From a virus: DNA of 64,000 nt. Within the stretch, counting starts at the first letter, position 1. Each line of letters opens with the position of its first letter. The notes below the pieces were generated by a model. The model did not search any database. It was given only the letters and a program-made list of their open reading frames with translations, and was not told the DNA's origin. Shown one piece after another: positions 37,676 to 47,695 of this stretch. The DNA lies in the IMG/VR virus record IMGVR_UViG_3300025030_001282, positions 15,915 to 79,914 of that record. The stretch is one strand, 5' to 3'. The position numbers and the translations under genes are program-made.

Positions 37676-38436
37676 TGGCCGACACGCCGAACCTGAAAAT
37701 GGCCATAACGCTAGCTGCGAATTATGTGGCAGCAACGTGGCAGCAGGTCGTGATGGGGACGCTGCAGGTGCCAGGAGCCCGCACACCAACGGCGAACATC
37801 GGGCTCCGAGACATCTACGCCAAAAGCATTATTCGCAGCAGCCGTTTAGTTGGGCAGGGCGGGTTAGAGCAGTCGGTCATTTCGGATAAGCAGATCGCCA
37901 GGGACTTGGAGAACGGCAAAGGCCCCTGGGACATGAAGCCCATGCTGCTGAACGGCCCCAAGGCCCGCGTGAGCAAGAAGGGGGTCAAGTATAACATTAT
38001 CCCCTTTCGCCACGGCACAAGCGCGAGCAACACACCGAACAGCAACTTCCGGCCTATGCCGAAGGACATCTACCAGCAGGCGCGGGAACTGAAGGCCAGC
38101 GTAAAAAGCGGCAAGGGCATGAAGTGGGGCGGGAGGCTCCCCGCCACCAGCACGCCGGGCAAGAACGCCACCACCGGATACCAGCACAAGCACGACATTC
38201 ACGAGGGGATGGTCCGCATTGAGAAGAAGTATGCAGGCAGCACCTCGAACAAGCACATGACCTTCCGCATCGTCAGCGCCAACTCGGACCCGCTGAGCTG
38301 GTGGCACCCCGGATACCCGGCGCACCACATAGCAGAAGGGGTAACCAATTACTGCCGACCGGCAGTAGAAGAGATGATCCGCGACGCGGCCAAGGCCGAC
38401 CTCATCACCGCTATTGGCACCATAGGAGTGGAGTAA
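37675..38436 (+). CDS. Neck/tail completion protein
   Basis: E.G..PWDMKP, IIPFRH, TFR.VS.NSDP.SW.HPG motifs of myovirus neck proteins. Confidence 0.65.
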   Translation: MADTPNLKMAITLAANYVAATWQQVVMGTLQVPGARTPTANIGLRDIYAKSIIRSSRLVGQGGLEQSVISDKQIARDLENGKGPWDMKPMLLNGPKARVSKKGVKYNIIPFRHGTSASNTPNSNFRPMPKDIYQQARELKASVKSGKGMKWGGRLPATSTPGKNATTGYQHKHDIHEGMVRIEKKYAGSTSNKHMTFRIVSANSDPLSWWHPGYPAHHIAEGVTNYCRPAVEEMIRDAAKADLITAIGTIGVE

Positions 38437-39086
38437 TGGGATTTCCCAACGTAGACAAGCAGCTGGTCCGCATCCTGACCGCAGAGTTTAACGCGGCCAA
38501 GGCCGACCCGACGTTCCTCATAGAAGACCTCTTTGAAGACCTGGACGTGGCAGAGCAGGCGCAGATCACCGCCTACCTCACCAGGAAGACCTTTGTCAAC
38601 GACGTGCGCGAGCACAAGGGGAGCAACGTCTATGTGATCGCCAGCTTTCCCCTACTGGAAGTGCCGTTCCCCCAGATAGCCATCAGCCTGGGCGCGGGCG
38701 ACAGCGACAGGTTCATGAACGACCTCACCGGGCAGAGCAAGCCGATCACCGACGGGACGGGAGCGGTCGTAGCATATGCCATCGAGAAGGGCTACTACGA
38801 GAAGAGCAATTGGGATATTCACACGGTCTGCGCCACCAAGGACGAGGCTATCTGGCTTTCCAGGCTCGTGCAGCGCTTTATCTGCGAAGCCTTCGACGAT
38901 CTGGCCAGAGCGGGCATTTCTGAGGTGAACATCTTCATCCAGGACTTGAGGGCGGACGAAAACACCCTGCAGCCGAACACGGTGTTCAACCGGGCTATCC
39001 GGTTGTCGGCCACCGTGGCGAACACCTGGAACGAGAGGATACCAAACGGGACCTATGCAGAAGGGACGAACATTTCGGCAGGATAA
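38436..39086 (+). CDS. Putative tail terminator protein
   Basis: TAATG coupling at 38436; P.I.I.L motif; precedes the sheath. Confidence 0.6.
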   Translation: MGFPNVDKQLVRILTAEFNAAKADPTFLIEDLFEDLDVAEQAQITAYLTRKTFVNDVREHKGSNVYVIASFPLLEVPFPQIAISLGAGDSDRFMNDLTGQSKPITDGTGAVVAYAIEKGYYEKSNWDIHTVCATKDEAIWLSRLVQRFICEAFDDLARAGISEVNIFIQDLRADENTLQPNTVFNRAIRLSATVANTWNERIPNGTYAEGTNISAG

Positions 39087-39094
39087 AAAGGAGC

Positions 39095-39367
39095 ATGACC
39101 ATGGCAAAAACAGATGTAACCGAAACAGTAGTAGAGCAAGGGCCGACCGAATTCCCGCTCACACTTGAAGAGTACCTGTCCGAGCAACCGGCATCAATGG
39201 TTGAAACAAAAGCAGGCTTCCGAAGTGTGGTCGACGCAGCGGGAATTAGCGGTGCTCGACCGCGAGGAGAGTGGGCCAGCCTGCTCGATCTTTACAACAG
39301 GCAGCCTGCTGCAATGCCATGGGCAGAATGGATGAAATCTGAAGCCAACAACAAGGGAGGGAACTGA
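39095..39367 (+). CDS. Hypothetical protein
   Basis: AAGGAG RBS. Confidence 0.6.
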   Translation: MTMAKTDVTETVVEQGPTEFPLTLEEYLSEQPASMVETKAGFRSVVDAAGISGARPRGEWASLLDLYNRQPAAMPWAEWMKSEANNKGGN

Positions 39368-39369
39368 CA

Positions 39370-41109
39370 ATGGGAGTAGGAACAGGAGTGCTCTGGAAGG
39401 GGGCATATTATGTGCGTCCGCAAGCCGGGTCGTTTATTGACTCTTCGGCGCTTAGCGCCGTTCAGCTCGGCAGCGCCAACAAGGTCTGTATTCTGGGAGA
39501 GATGACCGGCCTCCTTGCGCCAAAGACGCTGAAACAGATCGATTCGACGCTGGCAAATGCCCTGCTGGCACCATCCAACGAGGAGGCGAGACTCGCCGCC
39601 CAGCTGGTCTTCAACCCGTCACCGGGGACACCTGGCGCAACAGAGGTTTACCTGCTGCCGGTCAACCCCTCAACCGCTGCCGCACTGACGCTGGGCACAT
39701 CGCTGAAGTTCGACAGCTACATCTATGGTTTGATCGCCAATCAGATCAAGATCAAGCTAGAGAACGGTACGACCGTCGGGAAAAAAGTCACGGTGGCCTT
39801 TCTCGACAACACGGAAATTCACGACGATATCACCAAGAGCTCCTTCAGCATCCAATACACCGGCTTGGGTTCTTCCTGCGCGTTGACAATCACGCCGACT
39901 GCCGCAGGCCATATTCTTTCAACCGCCTGCGCTGGAGCGACCGCCGACAACCTGTCTATCGACCTGAACGTGTACACCAATGTTCAGGCGATCCTCGACG
40001 CCATTGCCGCAACAGGCAAGTACACCGTGACGGCTATCACCAAATCGCCGAAAAACGACTTGGGGATGCAGTTGGACGGCGCAACCTCGCAGGACATCAA
40101 GACGGCTGCCTTCACAGCCAAAGCCGACCTGCAGGCGATTATAGACCGGCTGGGCGAGCGTTCGGCATATGTCAGCCCGAGCCGGGTGGCGGACGCCATA
40201 GCTGCCCCGGCAAACGTGTCCTGGACGTTCCTTGCCGGTGCCGTTGACGGCACGACCACAAACAATGACTGGCAGGCGGCATTTGATCTCCTGAAGAGCG
40301 TCAACATGGATGTGCTGGTCCCGCTCACAAGCGCCCCGGCGATCCACTCAATGGGAGACGCGCACTGCAACTACATGTCCGGCCCCATCGGCAAAAGCGA
40401 GCGACGGCAGTTCGTCGGAGGAGCATTGCAGACATGGTCCACTGAAGTTGGTCGAACTGCGGCTGTTGCCGCACTGAAAGCTGCGGTCACTGCCATAAAC
40501 AGCGACCGGACAGTGCACGTCGGCCTGGGGTGCAAGCAGTACGACCCGAATGGCAACGTGAAACTCTACCCGGCCTACATTACGGCCTGCATATATGCGG
40601 GGATGGCGGGAGGGGCCTCGCCTGTTACCCCGCTCACGCGGAAATACCTGAGCTGCATCGGCCTCGAGGTGAATCTGCGCAACACCGAGATAAATGATCT
40701 GCTCGAAGGGCATTGCGCCGTTCCGATCCCTGATCTGGTCCAGGAGGCAGGTTATGTGATTTCACGTCAAATCACAACTTGGGCGCAGGACGCGGACCTT
40801 TACCGGGTGGAATTCTCGGTCGGACGCGGTGCTGACTACCTGGCACGCGAAGTCCGCAACCGGCACGAACTGCTTATCGGCAAGCCGGGAACGCCGGGGA
40901 TGGACACAACGATCATCAACACCACCAATGCCGTGCTCGAAGCTGCTCTTCGCGACGAGATCATCACCTCGTATAACCCGAAAGCGACGACGCTTCGTGC
41001 AGACGGGGTCGTTAGGTACATCGACTATTCAGCCAAGCCGGTGCTGCCGATTAACTGGATCTTTTCCACTTACCACCTGCTGCCGACAAAGTTCTCGATC
41101 GGGCTTTAA
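39370..41109 (+). CDS. Contractile tail sheath protein
   Basis: 579 aa; RP...., GE..G..P, W..AF..L, H...MS...ER, P.T.K, terminal P..P.N.I motifs. Confidence 0.9.
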   Translation: MGVGTGVLWKGAYYVRPQAGSFIDSSALSAVQLGSANKVCILGEMTGLLAPKTLKQIDSTLANALLAPSNEEARLAAQLVFNPSPGTPGATEVYLLPVNPSTAAALTLGTSLKFDSYIYGLIANQIKIKLENGTTVGKKVTVAFLDNTEIHDDITKSSFSIQYTGLGSSCALTITPTAAGHILSTACAGATADNLSIDLNVYTNVQAILDAIAATGKYTVTAITKSPKNDLGMQLDGATSQDIKTAAFTAKADLQAIIDRLGERSAYVSPSRVADAIAAPANVSWTFLAGAVDGTTTNNDWQAAFDLLKSVNMDVLVPLTSAPAIHSMGDAHCNYMSGPIGKSERRQFVGGALQTWSTEVGRTAAVAALKAAVTAINSDRTVHVGLGCKQYDPNGNVKLYPAYITACIYAGMAGGASPVTPLTRKYLSCIGLEVNLRNTEINDLLEGHCAVPIPDLVQEAGYVISRQITTWAQDADLYRVEFSVGRGADYLAREVRNRHELLIGKPGTPGMDTTIINTTNAVLEAALRDEIITSYNPKATTLRADGVVRYIDYSAKPVLPINWIFSTYHLLPTKFSIGL

Positions 41110-41119
41110 GCGGCCCCCG

Positions 41120-41135
41120 GTGTAGCGCATATTAA
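41120..41135 (-). promoter_or_regulatory. Conserved 16-bp motif, reverse copy after the sheath stop
   Basis: Reverse complement reads TTAATATGCGCTACAC. Confidence 0.6.
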
Positions 41136-41160
41136 TTTTAAAAAAGGGAGGCAACGCAAC

Positions 41161-41561
41161 ATGAAAGAAACCATGACCGGCAACCGGGCGATTTTCAAGA
41201 TCGCCGGGACAGTAATCGGAGTTGCCCAGAACGTCGAAGTGAGCGACGATTTCGGGCTCCAGGAGGTGGACGGGCTCGGCAACCTCGAGGTGCAGGAGTA
41301 CGTGCCCGGCAAGCTGACCCACCGCATCAGCGGTTCCTCCTACTTCGTTGTGAACCAGAACCTGCGCCAGTTGAACCTCGTGCCGGAATCGGGAGACTGG
41401 CTGTCGTCCCCAGAATTCGAGGTGGAGATCCAGGACGCGCTCACCTACAGCACCGTGGAGAGCTACGTGGCTGCAAATTCGCCAGCCACAGCCGCACCTA
41501 CGCTAAGCACCAGATCACTGGCCAGAGCTTCCAGATTTACGCACGGCACAAAGCAGTCTAA
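41161..41561 (+). pseudogene. Tail tube protein gene with a one-base frameshift at ~41467-41470 (or a sequencing error)
   Basis: The N-terminus is a typical tube (TGNR...IG.AQ.V...DDFG...V.GLG...E.VP). The natural-looking C-terminus GCKFASHSRTY...KAV* is in the -1 frame and stops just before the terminator. Confidence 0.75.
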
Positions 41562-41589
41562 GCAGCACTCCGCAAGGAATGACACCAGG

Positions 41590-41621
41590 AAGGGGGACCG
41601 GGTCACACCGGCCCCCCTTTT
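41590..41621 (+). terminator. Rho-independent terminator after the tail tube gene
   Basis: aagggggaccgg-gtcaca-ccggcccccc-tttt. Confidence 0.75.
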
Positions 41622-41628
41622 GCGTAGA

Positions 41629-41667
41629 GGCAAAATATTTGCCATACGCTACAGGGCGAAGTAATGT
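41629..41667 (+). promoter_or_regulatory. Promoter of the chaperone/tape-measure operon, with the motif at 41639-41654
   Basis: GGCAAAATAT-TTGCCA-17 nt-TAATGT. Confidence 0.7.
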
Positions 41668-41704
41668 ACCAGAAAGCACGACCAACTATATCGCGGAGGT
41701 TTTT

Positions 41705-42127
41705 ATGTTGAAGAACCAGCACTCGTTCAGCATCCAGAACACCCTGGATCCCGAAACCCAAGAGCCGTTCGGCGAAAAATACGCCGGGCAATTTACCGTG
41801 CGGCGGCCCAGCGCTCACGACAAGAAAATGATCGCACTAAAAGATGCCGCGAGCATGGCCGTCTACGGCACGGTCGACCTCCGACTGATCGGCGAAGGCA
41901 CTAAGCTTTTGTCCTACATCGACGCATTCGTGAAGCATGTAGCGGTGAGCGATCTTCCGAAATGGTTCGGCATGGACCAGATGTTCGACGACACGGACGA
42001 GAACGCGGCTTTGGCTGTATGGGAGGAGGTGCAGGCCTTTCTGGCCACCTTTCGACCTGCGAAAGGTGGCGGAGCTGGCGGAGGCGCAAAGGGGGAGTTT
42101 GAGCCTTTGGTACCGGAGAAAGTATAA
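41705..42127 (+). CDS. Tail assembly chaperone
   Basis: GGAGG RBS before ATG 41705; G.F.VRRPS motif; lies between tube and tape measure. Confidence 0.75.
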   Translation: MLKNQHSFSIQNTLDPETQEPFGEKYAGQFTVRRPSAHDKKMIALKDAASMAVYGTVDLRLIGEGTKLLSYIDAFVKHVAVSDLPKWFGMDQMFDDTDENAALAVWEEVQAFLATFRPAKGGGAGGGAKGEFEPLVPEKV

Positions 42128-42419
42128 CCTCCCGCCTAACGATCCGCTGTTCCTGGCCATCACCGACGAGGAGATTGCCCTGGAATATGAATATGATCTG
42201 ATGGCTCAGGGGGAGAAACTGAAAACCTGCCCCAGGTGCGAAGGTAAAACCCACCAGAGGTGGTGCCCGGTCTGCACCATAGACGGGAAGCCCTTGCTAT
42301 TGACAGGCGATAGGCTGGCGGACGAGGTGCAGAGCAGGATCGCAGCAGGGGAAGAACTAGACCTGAACGAGATTTTCCGAGTGACACCAGGCGGATTTGA
42401 ACCAGTCCCAAGAGGATAG
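42066..42419 (+). CDS. Second tail assembly chaperone segment (probable frameshift extension)
   Basis: WYRRKYNLPPNDP motif; overlaps the previous gene in the +1 frame. Confidence 0.65.
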   Translation: MAELAEAQRGSLSLWYRRKYNLPPNDPLFLAITDEEIALEYEYDLMAQGEKLKTCPRCEGKTHQRWCPVCTIDGKPLLLTGDRLADEVQSRIAAGEELDLNEIFRVTPGGFEPVPRG

Positions 42420-42422
42420 AGC

Positions 42423-45419
42423 ATGGCGCTTGAAATTGGCATAAAGGTAGATTCACGACAAGTGGCCGAGGCACGTCGAGAAGTCGAGGCTCTTAATAGA
42501 TCCTGGACTGGCATGCAGGGACAGGACGACATTGCCATCGGCGTAGGTAGCAGTGATGAGCTGGCGAATACTGCGTCAATGGTGACTAAAATCCGCGAGG
42601 AAATCGCGCGCATGGGCGAGCTTTCGGGGGCGGGCAGAGGACTGATCCAAAAAGAGCAGTTCGCCGAAGTCGGAGATCTGGCCAAACGGGTGAGGGACGA
42701 CATCCGCACATGGACAACTGAAATAGACAATGCAAAAGATGCCCTCAAAAAGCTAGCCGTTGAAAAGGCCAACCTCCGGCGCGGGGCAGCGCATAACAAG
42801 CGACAACAAGCCACGGACCAGGCTGATCCATCAGCCAGCCGACTGGACGCCATCACGGCGAAAGAGAAAGAGGCCCTTGCACGGATAAAGCACTTGCAAG
42901 ACCAAAAGGCAAAAGTGTTCCCGTTGGAAGACCGCGCCCTGCGCCCCGTCACCACCGTCAAAGAGCGGCAGATGGAGAAGTGGGCGGAACACCATCCCGC
43001 ATCAGCCAGCCGACTGGACGCCATCACGGCGAAAGAGAAAGAGGCCCTTGCACGGATAAAGCATCATCAAGGACAGCGGTCGAAAGGGATGCCGCTGGAG
43101 AGGCACACCCGCACCACCCCGACCGCACCCCAAATGGAGCGGCTACCAAGAGAGAGCTCCCAAGTCCTAGAGGCTGCCAAAAAAGAGCAATTGCAAGGGG
43201 GGCATCAACCACTGGCAACGCCCCCTACCCCTCAAATCCATGGGCAGGGCGAGCCATCCTCCAAAGATGAGCTAAACATACCGGACTGGATGGCAAAAAC
43301 CCGCGAAGAAGTGCGACGCATGGGCGAGCTTTCAAGGGCAGCTACCACCAGAGGAGGACTCCTCCCTAAAAAACAATTCGAAGAAGCAGAGGGGCTTGGC
43401 AAGCGCGTACAGGTCAGCTTTTCCAAGTGGACGGACGAGATCGATAAAGCACGTGAGTCTCTGAAGAAACTGGCTGCAGAAAAGGAAAATATCGGACGCG
43501 ACTTTATGATGGGCAGAGTCGCGCCCGATCACATGCAGGCCCGCATGGAGCGAGAGGCGGCGATCGAGGGAGAGGAGAAAACCGCACGGGAGCGGCTCGC
43601 CTACATGGAGAAGCAGCAGGCCAAGCTGCAGCCGCTACAGGACCGAGCCCGGCAGTACTCCGGAGTGCTGGCAAATGCGGGGACCGACCCCGAGCAGCAG
43701 GGCACCAGCATGAAGAAGGCCCTGGGATGGGCGCTGGCAGCGGCAGGTGGATTCTCCGTCATGAGCTTTCTCAGCCAGTCCCGTGGAAAGTACCAGGAGT
43801 ACGTGGGGCACGAGGACCAGCTTTACGCCAGAGGCGTGCGGGATATCAGTGCAGGGGGAGGAGCCGCAGCGGCATACGGCGTCGATCCGATGGAGCACTA
43901 TGCGCTGCAGGAGCAGCTGACCCGCAGCATGGGCCTGAGCGGCAAAAGGCTGGGCCGCATGGGCTACAACACCGAGATGTTCGCCAAGGCCTACGGCATG
44001 AACACCTCCGAGGTCGGAGGCTTCGGCGCTTCGATCTACCAGACCACCGGCAGCCAGAACCTTCCGGCCTCGACCCTGATCGCCATGCAGCAGCAGGGCA
44101 TCGAGAAGACCAGGATGCCCGAGACCATGAAGCTGGTAGAGGGGCACCTCCGGGTAATGGCCGAGGCACGCAAGGGGGCCGGGCTCACCGAGGGAAGCGT
44201 GGCGACGGCCCTTGCCCTGGCCACGGCAGCTATGCGGGAGAAAAACCCGGAGATGTCCGCCTACCTGAAGAGCGGCAACCTGACCAACACGCTGCAGAAC
44301 GGCCTGCAGGGTGCAGGATCCCCAGCAGGAGAGATAGCCATCGCCAACGCCGTGGGTATGTTCAGCGGCCCCATGACGTACAAGAAGATCCACGAAATGA
44401 ACATGCTGCGCCAGGGCGGATTCATGGAGCGGCCCGACCTGATGAAGAAGCTCCTGTCCGACATGCCCCCAGGCCTGGACCGCGCCGGGAAGGCTGGATG
44501 GCTAGAAACAAAGTTCCCCGAATGGGCCAAGGGGAAGACGTCGGAGCAGCTCCTCACCCTGTTTGACCCAGAAACCGGGGCGCTAAACGGGATGCACAAG
44601 GATAAGCTGGGCGGGAACGAGAGCGGAGCGCTCGCCGCCATGCTAAAGCAGATCAAGGAGAACCCCGCCTACGCCAAGAAGGTGCGCGAGGCCATGAAGA
44701 CAGACCTCAAGGCCCGCGCCGGAGAGGGGATCGACGCGATCGTGTCCCCGATTGAAACCACCGCGCTGGAAGGCTCCGAGAGCATCTTGAACAGCGATTT
44801 CGTCAACACGGTTTTCAAGGGCAACGAGAAGAAGATCGTGAAGGAGAAGCTGTCCAGGGAGAGCACCAAGCTCCCCTACTACAAGGAGATGCTGGCAGCA
44901 TCCAAAAAACACGGCGTGGCAGTGGAACTGCTGCTCGCCGTGGCGAAGCAGGAAAGTGGATTCAAGTCAGACGCAGTATCCCCGAAAGGTGCGATGGGGA
45001 TCATGCAGCTGATGCCAGCAACCGCAAAAGCGCTCGGCGTGAAAAACCCGATGAACGCCGGAGAAAACATTGACGGGGCAGCCCGGCACCTTGCCTACCT
45101 GGGCAAGAAGTACAAATGGAACATGCAGTCAATGCTCGGAGCCTACAACGAGGGCGAAACCAAATACGACAAGTACGGGATCGCAGGCGGAGGAGAGGAA
45201 ACGCGGAACTACGTGGCCAATGTGCGCGGCGACTTCCTGAACCGCACCGGTCTGACAAGGCTACCGGAAGACGAAACGGTCGGGCAACGAATTTCCAGCG
45301 ATATGTCCGGCATGGTATCCCTGAGCTTTGAAGCGGTGAAGGGGCTCCTAGAACGAATCGCCAAAGCACTGGAACAGCCAGCAAACGGGCAGGCACAGCC
45401 GCTGCCGATCAACCATTGA
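42423..45419 (+). CDS. Tape measure protein with C-terminal soluble lytic transglycosylase domain
   Basis: QESGF...AVSPKGAMGIMQLMP.T...NIDG...AYNEG; position. Confidence 0.85.
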   Translation: MALEIGIKVDSRQVAEARREVEALNRSWTGMQGQDDIAIGVGSSDELANTASMVTKIREEIARMGELSGAGRGLIQKEQFAEVGDLAKRVRDDIRTWTTEIDNAKDALKKLAVEKANLRRGAAHNKRQQATDQADPSASRLDAITAKEKEALARIKHLQDQKAKVFPLEDRALRPVTTVKERQMEKWAEHHPASASRLDAITAKEKEALARIKHHQGQRSKGMPLERHTRTTPTAPQMERLPRESSQVLEAAKKEQLQGGHQPLATPPTPQIHGQGEPSSKDELNIPDWMAKTREEVRRMGELSRAATTRGGLLPKKQFEEAEGLGKRVQVSFSKWTDEIDKARESLKKLAAEKENIGRDFMMGRVAPDHMQARMEREAAIEGEEKTARERLAYMEKQQAKLQPLQDRARQYSGVLANAGTDPEQQGTSMKKALGWALAAAGGFSVMSFLSQSRGKYQEYVGHEDQLYARGVRDISAGGGAAAAYGVDPMEHYALQEQLTRSMGLSGKRLGRMGYNTEMFAKAYGMNTSEVGGFGASIYQTTGSQNLPASTLIAMQQQGIEKTRMPETMKLVEGHLRVMAEARKGAGLTEGSVATALALATAAMREKNPEMSAYLKSGNLTNTLQNGLQGAGSPAGEIAIANAVGMFSGPMTYKKIHEMNMLRQGGFMERPDLMKKLLSDMPPGLDRAGKAGWLETKFPEWAKGKTSEQLLTLFDPETGALNGMHKDKLGGNESGALAAMLKQIKENPAYAKKVREAMKTDLKARAGEGIDAIVSPIETTALEGSESILNSDFVNTVFKGNEKKIVKEKLSRESTKLPYYKEMLAASKKHGVAVELLLAVAKQESGFKSDAVSPKGAMGIMQLMPATAKALGVKNPMNAGENIDGAARHLAYLGKKYKWNMQSMLGAYNEGETKYDKYGIAGGGEETRNYVANVRGDFLNRTGLTRLPEDETVGQRISSDMSGMVSLSFEAVKGLLERIAKALEQPANGQAQPLPINH
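42829..43063 (+). repeat. Exact 64-bp direct repeat (42829-42892 and 43000-43063) inside the tape measure gene
   Basis: catcagccagccgactggacgccatcacggcgaaagagaaagaggcccttgcacggataaagca occurs twice, 171 nt apart and in frame. Confidence 0.9.
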
Positions 45420-45426
45420 GGGGACC

Positions 45427-46719
45427 ATGACCACCACCCCCATGACACAATACGTGCCCGGCCACCGGGTAATCATCAGGGACTTGAAGACCGGCGACGT
45501 GAAGTTCGACGTCTCGAACGACCTGATATCCATAGCCACCAACAAGGCCTATGGCCGTTGCGCCGGAATGTGGCAGTTGCTCCTCACCTACCGTGAGATC
45601 GACGGGCTACGCTACGACCAACTGATCCAGACCAACGACGTGATCACCATAGAGCTGGACGGCGGCAAGGGCAAGGGCCTGCAACCGGTCATGATCGGCG
45701 TGGTCGACCGGCCCTCCCGGACGTTCAACGCTTCGAGCAACATACCTCAGCGCCATGTAAAAGTCTGCGGCCAAGACCTGGGCAAGTTTCTGACCAAGGA
45801 TATTGGCTGGGATATCAGCGGAGCCCAGGTGCAGAAGGTCCAGGAGCAAGGCGAGGGAGCCCCGAGCAAGGAACTGGAGGCAAATTACCTTGCCAGGGTT
45901 ACGCTGCAGGCGGGGACCGCTAAGACGCTCATTGAGCAGTTGATGCAGATATTCCTGAAATCACTAAGCTCCAGCGTGGTACCGAAGTTTCAGTTTAAGC
46001 CGACCACCGACGACGACTGGCAAATCTGGGACTCGTCCCTGCAGTATATCAGAAGCACCTCGGCCTGGAGTGCGATGGAGCGCTACGCGCACAAGCCGTG
46101 GAATATGCTGCACGCCGACACGGTGGACCTGGAAACTTTCCAGGTGATCCTCGAGCGCAACCCCATCAACGATCAGGGGATGCTGGACCGCCCGGACGCC
46201 GCCACCCACGAGATCGGAGACGAGGACATTACCCAGGAGGACGTTGGGACCAGCGACCATGAACGCATCAACCTGCTGTGCTACTGGCCCAGCATGTACC
46301 GCGTATCCGGGGACAGCACCATTGAGACGGTGATGGCGAACAAAGACCTCACATGGTTCGACGAGGAGGAAATCAAGCTTCACGGCTACTGCGCGAGGAT
46401 CATCGAGGACAATTTTAACCCGCCCGACGTGCGGACCCCAAACGACGAAAACGGATACGACAAACTGGTGGGCGGAGCGGTAACCAGGGCAGAAACATTC
46501 TGGAACTGGTACTCCATGAACCACCAGCTGGAATCGGGCACCTTTGCCATCCATAGCAATCCATCGATAAAGGCCGGAGACGTGCTGCTCGTTCGCCAGG
46601 GCACCACCAGCATCAGGACCGAATACCTTATCGAGCAGGTAGGCCACACGCACACAGTCTGGCCCCGCGTGACGGCCATCACCACATTGCACGTAACGAG
46701 AGGACAAAACCGTGCTTGA
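45427..46719 (+). CDS. Baseplate hub protein
   Basis: Follows the tape measure; G..D......V.GQD.GK and EYLIEQV.H......T.L.VTRG motifs. Confidence 0.7.
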   Translation: MTTTPMTQYVPGHRVIIRDLKTGDVKFDVSNDLISIATNKAYGRCAGMWQLLLTYREIDGLRYDQLIQTNDVITIELDGGKGKGLQPVMIGVVDRPSRTFNASSNIPQRHVKVCGQDLGKFLTKDIGWDISGAQVQKVQEQGEGAPSKELEANYLARVTLQAGTAKTLIEQLMQIFLKSLSSSVVPKFQFKPTTDDDWQIWDSSLQYIRSTSAWSAMERYAHKPWNMLHADTVDLETFQVILERNPINDQGMLDRPDAATHEIGDEDITQEDVGTSDHERINLLCYWPSMYRVSGDSTIETVMANKDLTWFDEEEIKLHGYCARIIEDNFNPPDVRTPNDENGYDKLVGGAVTRAETFWNWYSMNHQLESGTFAIHSNPSIKAGDVLLVRQGTTSIRTEYLIEQVGHTHTVWPRVTAITTLHVTRGQNRA

Positions 46720-47461
46720 CGCAACCGGTGCACGACACCAGGAAAGCCTTAGAGAACCCCCCGCCATGCGCGAGGTGCGAACCATCGACCGGATACTAAA
46801 GGGAGTGATCCAGCCGGAAGGCGTTTTTTACCGCGACGACCCGCAGAACAAGACCGGACAGACGCTTGTCAACATCACCCTGTTCGGCGGATACCCCAAC
46901 ATCTCGAACGTCCCGCTCATGACCCAGAAGGTGAACAAAGAGAACGGCGTGGAATGGACGCCCGACCCAGGGGACGTCGTGTTGGTGCAGTTTATCAACG
47001 GGAACTTTTGGGAGCCCGTGGTGGTCGGCTTCCTTTCGCTGCCGGGCAACGAGATCCAGGCGAACAGTGACCAGGCCCCCCCAGGGAAGCGCCGCTACCA
47101 TCTGCGCTGCAACAAGACGGACGTGGTCATCGACAAAGACGGCCACCGCACGACCACCGTAACCGGCAACGAGACGAAGCACACCACGGTCGACGAGGCG
47201 CTGACCGTTGACGGCAAGCGAACCACGATCATCGAGGGGAACGACGAGACGACGATCAATTCAGGCGACCTGACCATCACCGTCTCGGCGGGCAAATGCA
47301 CCGTCCACATCGCAGGCAAGACCGCTTGGACCAGCGACGAAACCATAGAACTGGACGGAGGCACTGGGAGCCCAAAAGGCTGCGTACAGCTTGATTCCAT
47401 CTGCCCCCTACTGAAAGCACCACATATCCACGGGTCTGCAACCGTGAAAGCGAGCAAGTAA
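46712..47461 (+). CDS. Baseplate central spike (gpV/gp5-like)
   Basis: OB-fold P.PGD.VLV.FING....PVVVG, beta-helix repeats and a terminal C....H.H motif. Confidence 0.8.
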   Translation: MLDATGARHQESLREPPAMREVRTIDRILKGVIQPEGVFYRDDPQNKTGQTLVNITLFGGYPNISNVPLMTQKVNKENGVEWTPDPGDVVLVQFINGNFWEPVVVGFLSLPGNEIQANSDQAPPGKRRYHLRCNKTDVVIDKDGHRTTTVTGNETKHTTVDEALTVDGKRTTIIEGNDETTINSGDLTITVSAGKCTVHIAGKTAWTSDETIELDGGTGSPKGCVQLDSICPLLKAPHIHGSATVKASK

Positions 47462-47685
47462 TGGCCATTTCTGGAACCGGTATGAAGAACAGATACTTCA
47501 CCAAGATCGCGGCGCTAACCAGTCAGGGAAGTGACCCAGCTGCGGCAATTGCTCAATCCGATGCCATCATTCAGGCTCTTTTCGATTCAATCTGTGAAGA
47601 GATCGTGGCGAACTCGGAGCTGGTCCCGGTAACCAAAGACAGCGGAACTGCAGGGGCAGGCATCATTACAGGAAAAGTGAAGTAG
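47461..47685 (+). CDS. Small baseplate-region protein
   Basis: TAATG coupling. Confidence 0.6.
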   Translation: MAISGTGMKNRYFTKIAALTSQGSDPAAAIAQSDAIIQALFDSICEEIVANSELVPVTKDSGTAGAGIITGKVK

Positions 47686-47695
47686 GGAGGCCACA

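Noticed and set aside
41562-41664. Frame-0 C-terminal extension of the tail tube (167-aa call)
   Set aside because: It runs through a terminator and the next promoter, and the -1 frame gives the plausible ending.
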